Source of the DNA: Candidatus Electronema halotolerans
Lineage (GTDB): Bacteria; Desulfobacterota; Desulfobulbia; Desulfobulbales; Desulfobulbaceae
Length of the DNA: 32,000 nucleotides
Assembly (NCBI GenBank): GCA_942493095.1
Contig: OW818675.1
Location: 1,950,001-1,982,000 of the forward strand
Direction of reading: 5' to 3'
Shown here: positions 8,938 to 17,500 of the stretch, in pieces
Layout: each line of letters opens with the position of its first letter
Position numbering within the stretch: the first letter of the stretch is position 1
Notes under the pieces: generated by a model
The model's input: the letters and a program-made list of their open reading frames with translations, nothing else
Told to the model about the DNA's origin: nothing
Database searches by the model: none
Made by a program: the position numbers and the translations under genes

Positions 8938-9849
8938 ATGTGCGTTGATCTCCACACTCATTCAGTCTATTCCGACGGCACGGACAGCCCAGCCCGCCTG
9001 ATCAGCATGGCTGCGGCGGCTGGACTGACCGGCTTTGCCCTCACGGACCACGACACCGTGGAAGGGATGCCGGAAGTGCTGCGGCTTGGCCAGGAGCAGG
9101 GGATCAAGGTGATCAGCGGCTTGGAGATCAGTGCCAAGCATGGCGATATTTCAGTGCATATTCTTGGCTATGGCATTGACCCGGAGCATCCGCAGCTCAA
9201 TGCCTGGCTGAGTCGAATTCAGAAGGGCCGCCGGGAGCGCAATCAGCAAATCATGATAAAATTGGCCGCATTAGGCATGGAGATCAGCCTTGAAGAGGTG
9301 GAGCAGTTCTCCGGCTGCGGCCAGACCGGCAGGCCGCACATTGCCCGGCTGCTGACCGTCAAAGGGCATGTCAAACATCCGAGCCAGGCCTTTACGCGCT
9401 ACTTGGGCAGAAATAAAGCGGCCTGGCATCCCCGTTTTGCCTGTTCAGCAGCAGAAAGCATTGCTATAATACATCAAGCGGGCGGCGCAGCAGTGCTGGC
9501 TCATCCCGGTCTCATTGATCCAACCTTGAAAAAGCAGCCGCAGCTCATCCGCGAGTTGGCGGAGCGGGACATGGACGGCTTGGAGGCGCATTATCCCAAA
9601 CACAGCCACCAGATGACCGAGCTGTTCAGCAGCTTGGCCCGCCGCCATCAACTGCTGCTCACCGGCGGCAGCGACTATCACGGCGACAGCCGGATCAAGG
9701 GCTTGGCCGGACCGGCAACCGGCTTCTGTCCGCCGGATTCGATCATGGAGCAGCTCTGCCAACGCCTGAGCCGTCTGCAAGCCGCCTCTGTCAATCCAGA
9801 CCAAAAACCGCATCCAGACCAAGACCATGCAGACCATACTTGTTGTTGA
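8938..9849 (+). CDS. PHP-domain metal-dependent phosphoesterase (TrpH/YciV-like)
   Basis: MCVDLHTHSVYSDGTDSPARLISMAAAAGLTGFALTDHDTVEGM...GLEISAKHGDISVHILGY and GSDYHGDS motifs. The track ORF opens at 8839, but homology starts at the ATG at 8938. Confidence 0.9.
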   Translation: MCVDLHTHSVYSDGTDSPARLISMAAAAGLTGFALTDHDTVEGMPEVLRLGQEQGIKVISGLEISAKHGDISVHILGYGIDPEHPQLNAWLSRIQKGRRERNQQIMIKLAALGMEISLEEVEQFSGCGQTGRPHIARLLTVKGHVKHPSQAFTRYLGRNKAAWHPRFACSAAESIAIIHQAGGAAVLAHPGLIDPTLKKQPQLIRELAERDMDGLEAHYPKHSHQMTELFSSLARRHQLLLTGGSDYHGDSRIKGLAGPATGFCPPDSIMEQLCQRLSRLQAASVNPDQKPHPDQDHADHTCC

Positions 9850-11218
9850 TGACGAGCCGAATTATCTGATTGTGCTCTCCGAACTGCTGCGCGACGAGGA
9901 CTACGAGGTCTTCACGGCTGACTGCGGCCCGGCAGCCCTGAAAATTGCCCGTGAGACTGACTTGGATTTGGTCCTGTCTGACATGAAGATGCCGGGCATG
10001 GACGGCATTGAGCTGCTCGCCAAGCTCAAGGAGTTCAACCGGCATCTGCCGGTAATTCTCGTCACCGCGTATGCGGAAGTGGGCAAGGCGGTCGAGGCCA
10101 TGCACCTTGGTGCCTTCACCTATTTGGCCAAGCCGTTTTCCAACGAGGCCCTGCTGGCGGCAGTGCGCAAGGCGGTTGAACATTACGGCCTGATCCAAGA
10201 AGTACACCGGCTGCGCAGCGAAGCCGCGCCCAAGTCCGGCTTTGGCGGCATGATCGGCAAAAATCCGAACATGCTGGCCGTGTATCGGCTGATTGAAAAG
10301 GTGGCCCCGACCATGTCCTCGGTGCTGATCACCGGCGAGTCCGGCACAGGCAAGGAATTGGTCGCCCGCGCCATTCACAATCTGAGCGAGCGGCGGGAAG
10401 CGCCGTTCATTTCGGTCAACTGCGCCGCCCTGTCTGAGCATCTGCTGGAAAGCGAGCTGTTCGGCCATGAAAAAGGCTCGTTCACGGATGCGGCCTACAT
10501 GCGCAAGGGCCGTTTTGAGCTGGCTGACACTGGCACCCTGTTTTTGGATGAAATCGGCGAGATGGCTCATTCGCTGCAAGCCAAGCTGCTGCGGGTCCTG
10601 CAAGAGAAAGCCTTTGAGCGGGTGGGCGGCAGCAAGACCATGCAGGTTGATGTGCGCATTCTTGCCGCCACCAACAAAGACTTGAAAGATGAGGTTGACA
10701 AGGGCAATTTCCGCGAAGACCTCTACTACCGCCTCAATGTCATTCATATCCACATGCCGCCGTTGCGCGAGCGGGTTGATGACATTCCTGCCTTGGTCCA
10801 TCATTTCCTGAAGAAAAACGGGGCGCGGATGAACCGGGAAAGCTATGAGATTTCTCCAGAAGCCATGCGCCTTTTGGTCAGCCTGCCGTGGGAGGGCAAC
10901 ATCCGTGAGCTGGAAAACACCATTGAGCGGGCCGCCATTCTCTGCAACGAATTCCGCATTGAAGCCGAAGACGTGCAGCCGGATTCCAGCCAGCTGCCGA
11001 CCGCGCAGGAATGGAGCGCTGGTTTGGAACTGAGTCAGTTTGTCCCGGAAGGGCTGCCCTTGGCTGACATCCTCAACGGCATTGAGGAAAAATTGGTGCG
11101 GCAGGCCTTGGACGAGGCGGATCAGGTGCAGGCCAGAGCAGCGGAAAAGCTCGGCATCACCAAAAGCCTGCTGCAGTACAAGATGAAGAAATACAAGCTG
11201 CAACGGAAGCGGAAGTGA
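9827..11218 (+). CDS. Sigma-54-dependent response regulator (REC-AAA+-Fis HTH, NtrC/PilR type)
   Basis: ILVVDDEPNYLIVLSELL, DLVLSDMKMPGMDG, GESGTGKELVARAIH, GRFELADTGTLFLDEIG and C-terminal Fis-like HTH (RAAEKLGITKSLLQYKMKKY). Confidence 0.95.
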   Translation: MQTILVVDDEPNYLIVLSELLRDEDYEVFTADCGPAALKIARETDLDLVLSDMKMPGMDGIELLAKLKEFNRHLPVILVTAYAEVGKAVEAMHLGAFTYLAKPFSNEALLAAVRKAVEHYGLIQEVHRLRSEAAPKSGFGGMIGKNPNMLAVYRLIEKVAPTMSSVLITGESGTGKELVARAIHNLSERREAPFISVNCAALSEHLLESELFGHEKGSFTDAAYMRKGRFELADTGTLFLDEIGEMAHSLQAKLLRVLQEKAFERVGGSKTMQVDVRILAATNKDLKDEVDKGNFREDLYYRLNVIHIHMPPLRERVDDIPALVHHFLKKNGARMNRESYEISPEAMRLLVSLPWEGNIRELENTIERAAILCNEFRIEAEDVQPDSSQLPTAQEWSAGLELSQFVPEGLPLADILNGIEEKLVRQALDEADQVQARAAEKLGITKSLLQYKMKKYKLQRKRK

Positions 11219-11231
11219 GCAAGTCGCCAAG

Positions 11232-11252
11232 GCCCAAGGTGCTGCCTTGGGC
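11232..11252 (+). terminator. Hairpin after the response regulator gene (weak terminator candidate)
   Basis: GCCCAAGG-TGCTG-CCTTGGGC perfect stem 14 nt after the stop; no immediate U-tract. Confidence 0.35.
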
Positions 11253-11469
11253 TGCGGGAACTCCGGCGCATCGAGCGGAGCAGGCCCCGTGCAACTTTTT
11301 AATACCAGCCTGCTGTCTTGTAAACTTTTTTAATACTTCGCGCAGAATCAAAATGGAAAGCAAAAAATAATGTTGCGTAAAAAGACATTTTATTGCTTGC
11401 GGTTAGAGCATTTTTTCTGCAACAGGCATGTTTCTTGCTGAAACTTTCAACAAGAATAATGCAATCGTC

Positions 11470-11973
11470 ATGATCATGTTGGAAAAACGCATCAAAGACA
11501 GTTCCGGGTTTTCGCTTATGGAATTGATGGTGGTCATCGCCATGATAGGCATTCTCTCGGCTGTGGCTCTGCCGGGTATTCTCCACGCCCTGCCGGAACA
11601 ACGCTTGAAAAATGCCGCCCGCAATCTCTATGCGGACATGCAGCGGGCAAGAATGCTGGCTGTGAAAGAAAACAAAAGAATGTACGTCAAATTTTCTGGT
11701 TCGGATACAGCAGATGCAGCAGATGATTTTTATTATTGTGTTGATGATACGAAGAAAGGCCCTGAAAATGCTGTGTTCAGGAGAAACTTGTCAGAGGATG
11801 GCGATGTGAGTTTTGGAAAGACAAACAATATAAGTTTCGGTCCTACTGGTTCTGCTGGCACAGGTTCAACGTATCTGAAAAATCAAAATCAAGATGTATG
11901 TTATGTAATTATTACGACAAGACATGGGCATGTGCGCATAGATCGAAAAGAAACTGGCTGTCTGTGGAACTGA
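11470..11973 (+). CDS. GspH/FimU-type minor pseudopilin, copy 1
   Basis: Type III signal MLEKRIKDSSG|FSLMELMVVIAMIGILSAVALPG; GspH-like region LKNAARNLYADMQRARMLAVKENKR. Start uncertain (11428, 11470 or 11476). Confidence 0.85.
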   Translation: MIMLEKRIKDSSGFSLMELMVVIAMIGILSAVALPGILHALPEQRLKNAARNLYADMQRARMLAVKENKRMYVKFSGSDTADAADDFYYCVDDTKKGPENAVFRRNLSEDGDVSFGKTNNISFGPTGSAGTGSTYLKNQNQDVCYVIITTRHGHVRIDRKETGCLWN

Positions 11974-12047
11974 CTCAAGTAACAGTTTTGAATCGGCATG
12001 TTCTTTGCTGAAATTTTCAACAGAAATAATGCAATCAAAATAAGGTC

Positions 12048-12614
12048 ATGATCATGTTAGAAAAATACACCAAAGACAGTTCTGGTTTTTCATTTATGGA
12101 ATTGATGGTGGTCATCGCCATGATAGGCATTCTCTCGGCTGTGGCTCTGCCGGGTATTCTGCGCGCCCTGCCGGAACAACGTGTGAAGAACGCCGCCCGC
12201 AATCTCTATGCGGACATGCAGCGGGCAAGAATGCTGGCGGTGAAGAATAATAGAACCGTTTCAGTGCGATTTAATGGTGGTGGTTATTATATTGATGCTG
12301 ATGATGACGACAGTTTCAACCCTGACACACCTGATGAATTAAGAAGAAATTTATCGGAAGATGGCGATGTGAGTTTTGGTTCTGGGAAGGCTCAAAAAGA
12401 TTGGGAAGACACACCAAATCCTCTTCCAAGTTCACCTACAGATGATACTATGTTCAGTTCTACTGGAGAAGTCACTTTTGATTCCGGCTCAACTACTCGC
12501 AGCGTAATTTTGTTGCAAAATCAAAATCAAGATGTGTGTTACGCGGTAATAACAACAAGTTTTGGGGCTGTGCAAATACGGCGTTTCAATGGAAGCGACT
12601 GGGATAAACTGTGA
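12048..12614 (+). CDS. GspH/FimU-type minor pseudopilin, copy 2 (tandem paralogue)
   Basis: MIMLEKYTKDSSG|FSFMELMVVIAMIGILSAVALPGILRALPEQRVKNAARNLYADMQRARMLAVKNNR, near-identical N-terminus to the upstream ORF. Confidence 0.85.
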   Translation: MIMLEKYTKDSSGFSFMELMVVIAMIGILSAVALPGILRALPEQRVKNAARNLYADMQRARMLAVKNNRTVSVRFNGGGYYIDADDDDSFNPDTPDELRRNLSEDGDVSFGSGKAQKDWEDTPNPLPSSPTDDTMFSSTGEVTFDSGSTTRSVILLQNQNQDVCYAVITTSFGAVQIRRFNGSDWDKL

Positions 12615-12644
12615 GAAGGCAGCAACTTTTTCAAGAGTGCTAAG

Positions 12645-13325
12645 ATGAAAAAAATAATGCGGCAGGAAATCGGCATGACGCTTGTCGAACTCATGGTCTC
12701 CTTGGTCATTTCCAGCTTTGTGATAGCTGGAGTGTATGGAGTATATACACTCCAAAAGAAGAGCTACACTGTGCAGGAGCAAGTAGCCGAAATGCAGCAG
12801 CGGCTTCGTTCTGCTATGGATTTTTTAGTGCGGGACATAAGAATGGCTGGTTCAAATCCAGACATGGAAAGCAGATGCAGCACTAAAATTACCACAGCTG
12901 CAGCAGATAATATGGTGTTTAGAGCCTGCAACATGGATACAGACGATAATGATTTTGAAATTACTGTTAATTTCAATAGCGGCGAAAATAAAATCAGCTT
13001 GACAAGGAATAATCTAAACACAAACACAGCAAATTCAATGCCGATAGCAGAAAGTGTGGATTGGTTTGAGATGCTGTATATTTCAGGTTATGATAATGTT
13101 GGCAATCCAATACCTGCTGATGTTGCCACTAAAGATGGCAGAGATAAAATTCGTGCTGTGCAAATATCATTACTGATTCGTTCATCGTATCCTGATATGA
13201 AATATACGGATACAACTACGTATAAAATGGGGTCTGGAACTGAATGGACACCTCCCGCAGCGGCTCAACACTATCACCGCAGACTTCTTGTAACCACAAT
13301 TCAGCTGCGAAATATGTTGCAGTAG
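12645..13325 (+). CDS. PilW-like minor pilin assembly protein
   Basis: EIG|MTLVELMVSLVISSFVIAGVYGVYTLQKKSYTVQEQVAEMQQRLRSAMDFLVRDIRMAGSNP is typical of the PilW N-terminal region. Confidence 0.85.
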   Translation: MKKIMRQEIGMTLVELMVSLVISSFVIAGVYGVYTLQKKSYTVQEQVAEMQQRLRSAMDFLVRDIRMAGSNPDMESRCSTKITTAAADNMVFRACNMDTDDNDFEITVNFNSGENKISLTRNNLNTNTANSMPIAESVDWFEMLYISGYDNVGNPIPADVATKDGRDKIRAVQISLLIRSSYPDMKYTDTTTYKMGSGTEWTPPAAAQHYHRRLLVTTIQLRNMLQ

Positions 13326-13338
13326 AGGTTGCGAAACA

Positions 13339-13836
13339 ATGAAAAAACAAGCCGGTTTCACCCTGATTGAGACGTTGATGGCAATGGCCATCTTCACCAT
13401 TGGCATTCTTTCTCTTTTTGGAATGCAGTCAGCAGCAATCACAAAAAACGTGGTGGCCAACAAAATCACCGCAGGCTCCACATGGGCCGCTGATCAAGTG
13501 GAGCAGCTGATCAGTTTTCCGTATAATCATCCTTTTCTTGCCGATGGCGGTGGAACTAAGAATGGTTGTGGAGGACTTGATGATTGGCCTGATGCAGATG
13601 GTTCTAAAAAAGGAAGTGATTTTTTGTCGTCACCTCCGTACTACAATATCTACTGGAATGTCGCTGATGACTGTACATTGATCGATATTCCAAAAGATAC
13701 TATAGAAAATCCAGATGAAGTGCAGCGGCCAAAGCATGTCAGGATTCTTGTCACCAGAGTCAACGGCAATGGAACTGAAGAATTAACAGCAACTTACAGC
13801 TATATAAAACAGAATGTTATTAAAAAAAAGGATTAA
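13339..13836 (+). CDS. PilV-like minor pilin
   Basis: MKKQAG|FTLIETLMAMAIFTIGILSLFGMQSAAITKN; position between the PilW- and PilX-like genes. Confidence 0.82.
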   Translation: MKKQAGFTLIETLMAMAIFTIGILSLFGMQSAAITKNVVANKITAGSTWAADQVEQLISFPYNHPFLADGGGTKNGCGGLDDWPDADGSKKGSDFLSSPPYYNIYWNVADDCTLIDIPKDTIENPDEVQRPKHVRILVTRVNGNGTEELTATYSYIKQNVIKKKD

Positions 13837-13849
13837 GAAGGCGACTTTC

Positions 13850-14530
13850 ATGAACAATGGAACAAAAAATACAAACGGCGAAAGCGGCTTTGTCATGATT
13901 GCTTCGCTGCTTATTCTTCTGGTGCTGACCGTCTTAGGCGTTGCTGTCAACAGAAACACCGAGATAGAATGGCAGATCGCCATGAACGACCGCGTCCATA
14001 AAGAGACCTTTTACAATGCCGACGCGGCCACTGAGCTGGCTTCTGAAATTTTGGAGCAAAGCATTGCCTGTCTGGGATTTGGCCAGAATCCGAGTGGGAT
14101 GACTCTTGCCGGAGCTAATAATAACAATGTGTACATTGATCCAAGTTCACTTGGATTTTGGCGGAATTACGCGCCAAACGGCATTGAATTTCCTACTGAA
14201 GAAGATCCTGATTGGGGCACAGATGTTGTTCGTCCAGACATTATTTATCCAGTATCTGGAGCTTTCAGCCCTTATGATTCCTTAAAAAAGAATAACGCTG
14301 ACTGGCGGCCTCATGCCAGAATCAAAATCGGCGGCAACACCAAGCTGACTGCCGGAGCCGCGATTCAGATGGCCGCAGGCTACGAGGGTGTCGGCAAAAG
14401 TCTGGCAATGAACGGTGCTGTCCTGATATACGACATCAAGGTGACGGAGATTGGCGAACGCGGCAGCATATCAAGGATATCGGTTCAATACGGCCATGCT
14501 CTTGGCACTGAAGGAACCTGCAACTATTAG
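13850..14530 (+). CDS. PilX-like minor pilin protein
   Basis: ESG|FVMIASLLILLVLTVLGVAVNRNTEIEWQIAMNDRVHKETFYNADAATELASEI resembles PilX N; upstream of pilY1. The track start at 13814 is less likely than the ATG at 13850. Confidence 0.78.
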   Translation: MNNGTKNTNGESGFVMIASLLILLVLTVLGVAVNRNTEIEWQIAMNDRVHKETFYNADAATELASEILEQSIACLGFGQNPSGMTLAGANNNNVYIDPSSLGFWRNYAPNGIEFPTEEDPDWGTDVVRPDIIYPVSGAFSPYDSLKKNNADWRPHARIKIGGNTKLTAGAAIQMAAGYEGVGKSLAMNGAVLIYDIKVTEIGERGSISRISVQYGHALGTEGTCNY

Positions 14531-14596
14531 CGGCAGCAAAGGTTTGAGGATTTTCAAGATTGACGCGATGAGCGCGGATTCTTAGGAGGGAAGATT

Positions 14597-17500
14597 ATGA
14601 AAAAAATATGTTGCGCAGCCTTGTTCGGCCTGACCGGAGCAGTTCTGCTTCCGGCGGCTGGCCTTGCCGCCAATGTCTGCGGCCAAGGCGTTGGCATTCC
14701 ACCTTTTCTGTCCTCTGGGGCCAAGCCCAACCTGCTGATGGTGCTGGACAACTCCGGCTCCATGCTGGATGCGGCCTACACTGACACCACGTACTGTAGC
14801 GACGGTTCCACATGCAATACTAATACTGGCAAATGTACTGACGGCAGCGAATGCGGCGCATTCTGCTTTGATGACACCTATGACAAAGACACAACCTATG
14901 CCGGTTATTTCCAGAATGACCAGTGGTATGTATGGACTGAGGGCACCTATAAGCCGTGGGTGAACGGCAAAACTGATTATAAGAAAGGAGACAGGGTTTA
15001 TGTCCAAGGTGTCATTTGGGAGGCTAATAATGACGGCACCTCCAGCGGCACCTCGCCTGATGATGATGCCAATGTGATTTGGAGCAAAGTTTTTTCCATA
15101 CCAAAATGGAAAAATGGCGCAACCTACAGCAAAGATGACATAGTCTGGTCCGGGCCGCAGCTCTACAAGGCATTGAACGCAGGAACCAGCACAGACTCCA
15201 ATCCTGTTGACGGAACCAATCTTGAAGGCAGCAATACAACCAATGTGACATGGGAGGCTGTTGATTCCACATGGCTGAACGGCAAAGAATACGGAGCAGG
15301 TGATATTGTTGCCTATAGAGGTGTGCTGTATGAAACTGCTGCTGGCGGCACATCTAACGGCACCAGCGTTTATGACGACACCGGTGTTATTTGGAATTCT
15401 TTGGATGAGGGTTCTTTTGTCGCTGTCAGCATGAGCGGGGCGCAGACCGCCTGCTCGACAGCTCCAGGAGCCACGAACAAATATACGAACGGCGAACTCT
15501 GCATCAGCCTTAACACAACTCCTGAGCCGGACCAAGTTGCCGCCTTTGCGGCACGGGGCAATCTGCTCAACTGGGCTGCGGCTTCCAAATTTGATGTGGA
15601 GAAGAAAATTCTCACAGGCGGCAAGTACAATTACAAGGAACAGTTCTTGGTCAGCGAGCACCGGGGCTGCTCCGGCTCGCGTCTGATCAAGCAGATTCAG
15701 ATAGCTGGCGCAGGCACTGCGGATACAGCTGACGATAAGTTCCTCAGTCTCGGAGTGCGCAGCTCGCGCTACAGTGATGCCCCGCTTTATGAAGATCGGA
15801 TTGACAGCACAGATGATACTGGACGGCTGGAAGTGCTGGCAATTACGAACAAGGGGTATCAAATGTCTGATAAATGTCAATATGCTATTGACAAGATCGC
15901 GAAAAATGATGGTGATTTGAACGGCACGCAAAATGCGATTGACCAATGCATCACCAGTTTTCCAAGCTCTAACAGCAAGCTGACCGACATGCGGCCTGCG
16001 CTCAATCACAGTCTGCAGGCTTGCTGGCAGGATGACCCAACGACAGATGTTTTTGAAATCAACAACGGAAAATTCAAAAGCCTCGTAGATGCCTGCTGGG
16101 CACTGTACACGGGCGAGGGAAATGGTCAGCTCTCCACGGATGGACGGAAATACGATCCGGCGGAACTTCGTCCGGCGGATGGTGGGCCATATATTTGCTA
16201 TGGTTTGTATGATTCAGGCGTGGATGCAGAAAACAGGACTGGTTACATAGGCCGCGTCTGGAATACGCTTGGAGAGGGCAGCTCCATGACCTGCAATCCT
16301 TGGAAACCAAGCGATGTGCCTTATACCTGTCCTGGCAGTGCAACTACCTGTTATTGGGAATACAATGCTGACAATCAACCTGTAGCTGTCGCAATAACAA
16401 AGGACGGCGAGCCAGCCTATAAGAACGATGGCAATATGGTTTACAAATGCACCTCTTGGCTCAAAGGCGAGTGTAAAGACAATGGCTTGGAGCAGGTGTA
16501 CAAACGTTCTGACGGGGCGTTTTATTATGATGATTCAACCTGCGGCATTTCTGAAGGCAGTACGACAGGCTCTGACTGGGAGAATCCAGATTGGGCTGAC
16601 TCCCCTGCTGATCCGACCAACAACGGCATTGTCCAAGCGATCAAAGATTACTGCGATGCCCTGCGAATACCAGAGGTCATTGATCCTTCTGATGCCGCCG
16701 GAAAAACAAGCTCAACCGGTGGCATGCCGGGACTGCTCAGGGATTCCGAGCTGATGGCTTTTCTGGGCGGCGGCGAACCGCTGGCAACCATGAAAAGCTA
16801 TATCTATCAGGCCAAGCGGCCAGAGGGCGTGGTGCATCGGGTGGCCGGTGATTTACGGCTTGGCGTGATGTCCTTCCGGTACGTGGGCGCAAAAACTGAA
16901 TGCGATCTTGCGGAAACGGATTCCAAGATTGAGAAGTACTGTCCGCTGAACAACATGGATGGTGCCTTGCTCCGCACCCCGCTGGAAGTGGGCGACTATG
17001 TCACAGACAGCGATGACTCAAGCTATGAGAGCGGCAAGCGGCGGCATGTCGATGATCTGGCCGAGGCGATCAACACCACGCGGGGCACTTCATGGACACC
17101 GCTGGCTGAGGCCATGTACGAGGCTATAGGCTATTACACCCAGAACATCAACTTCTGTCTGAATAAGGATGCCAGCACAGGGGAGTGCATGGATTTTCCG
17201 ACAGCGGACAATCCAGCTTATTTCCCCACCGTGACAAAGTCTGATCCGATTCAGTACTGGTGCCAGGACAATCATATCTTGGTGATCACCGAGGGCGAGT
17301 CCACAGCGGATATCAACGAGCAGGTGAAAAAACTCTCCGGGCAGGTGAAAGAGGATGATCCGCATATCCTTTCAAAGAACTGCCCCGGCACCTGCACAAC
17401 ACACGGCCAAGAGAGCGGCTGTCTGTCCGGTCCGTTAGATAAGTTGAAGAGCGGCGATGGGGATGACCCGGACGGTGACGGAGCGGATAACACTGTTTGT

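Noticed and set aside
9791-11230. 479-aa minus-strand ORF
   Set aside because: Antisense to the clearly recognisable NtrC-type regulator; its translation shows no family motifs and comes from codon bias in GC-rich DNA.
11290-11340. Repeated AACTTTTTTAATAC-like tracts as a regulatory repeat
   Set aside because: Only two short AT-rich occurrences; could be chance.
11253-11427. Possible sigma-54 (-24/-12) promoter before the pilin genes
   Set aside because: Checked for GG-N10-GC spacing around ggttagagc and tggaaagc; spacing does not fit, so no promoter is called.
14582-16009. 475-aa minus-strand ORF
   Set aside because: Antisense to the pilY1 5' region, where the signal peptide, SD and vWA motif support the plus strand; no coding signatures in the antisense product.
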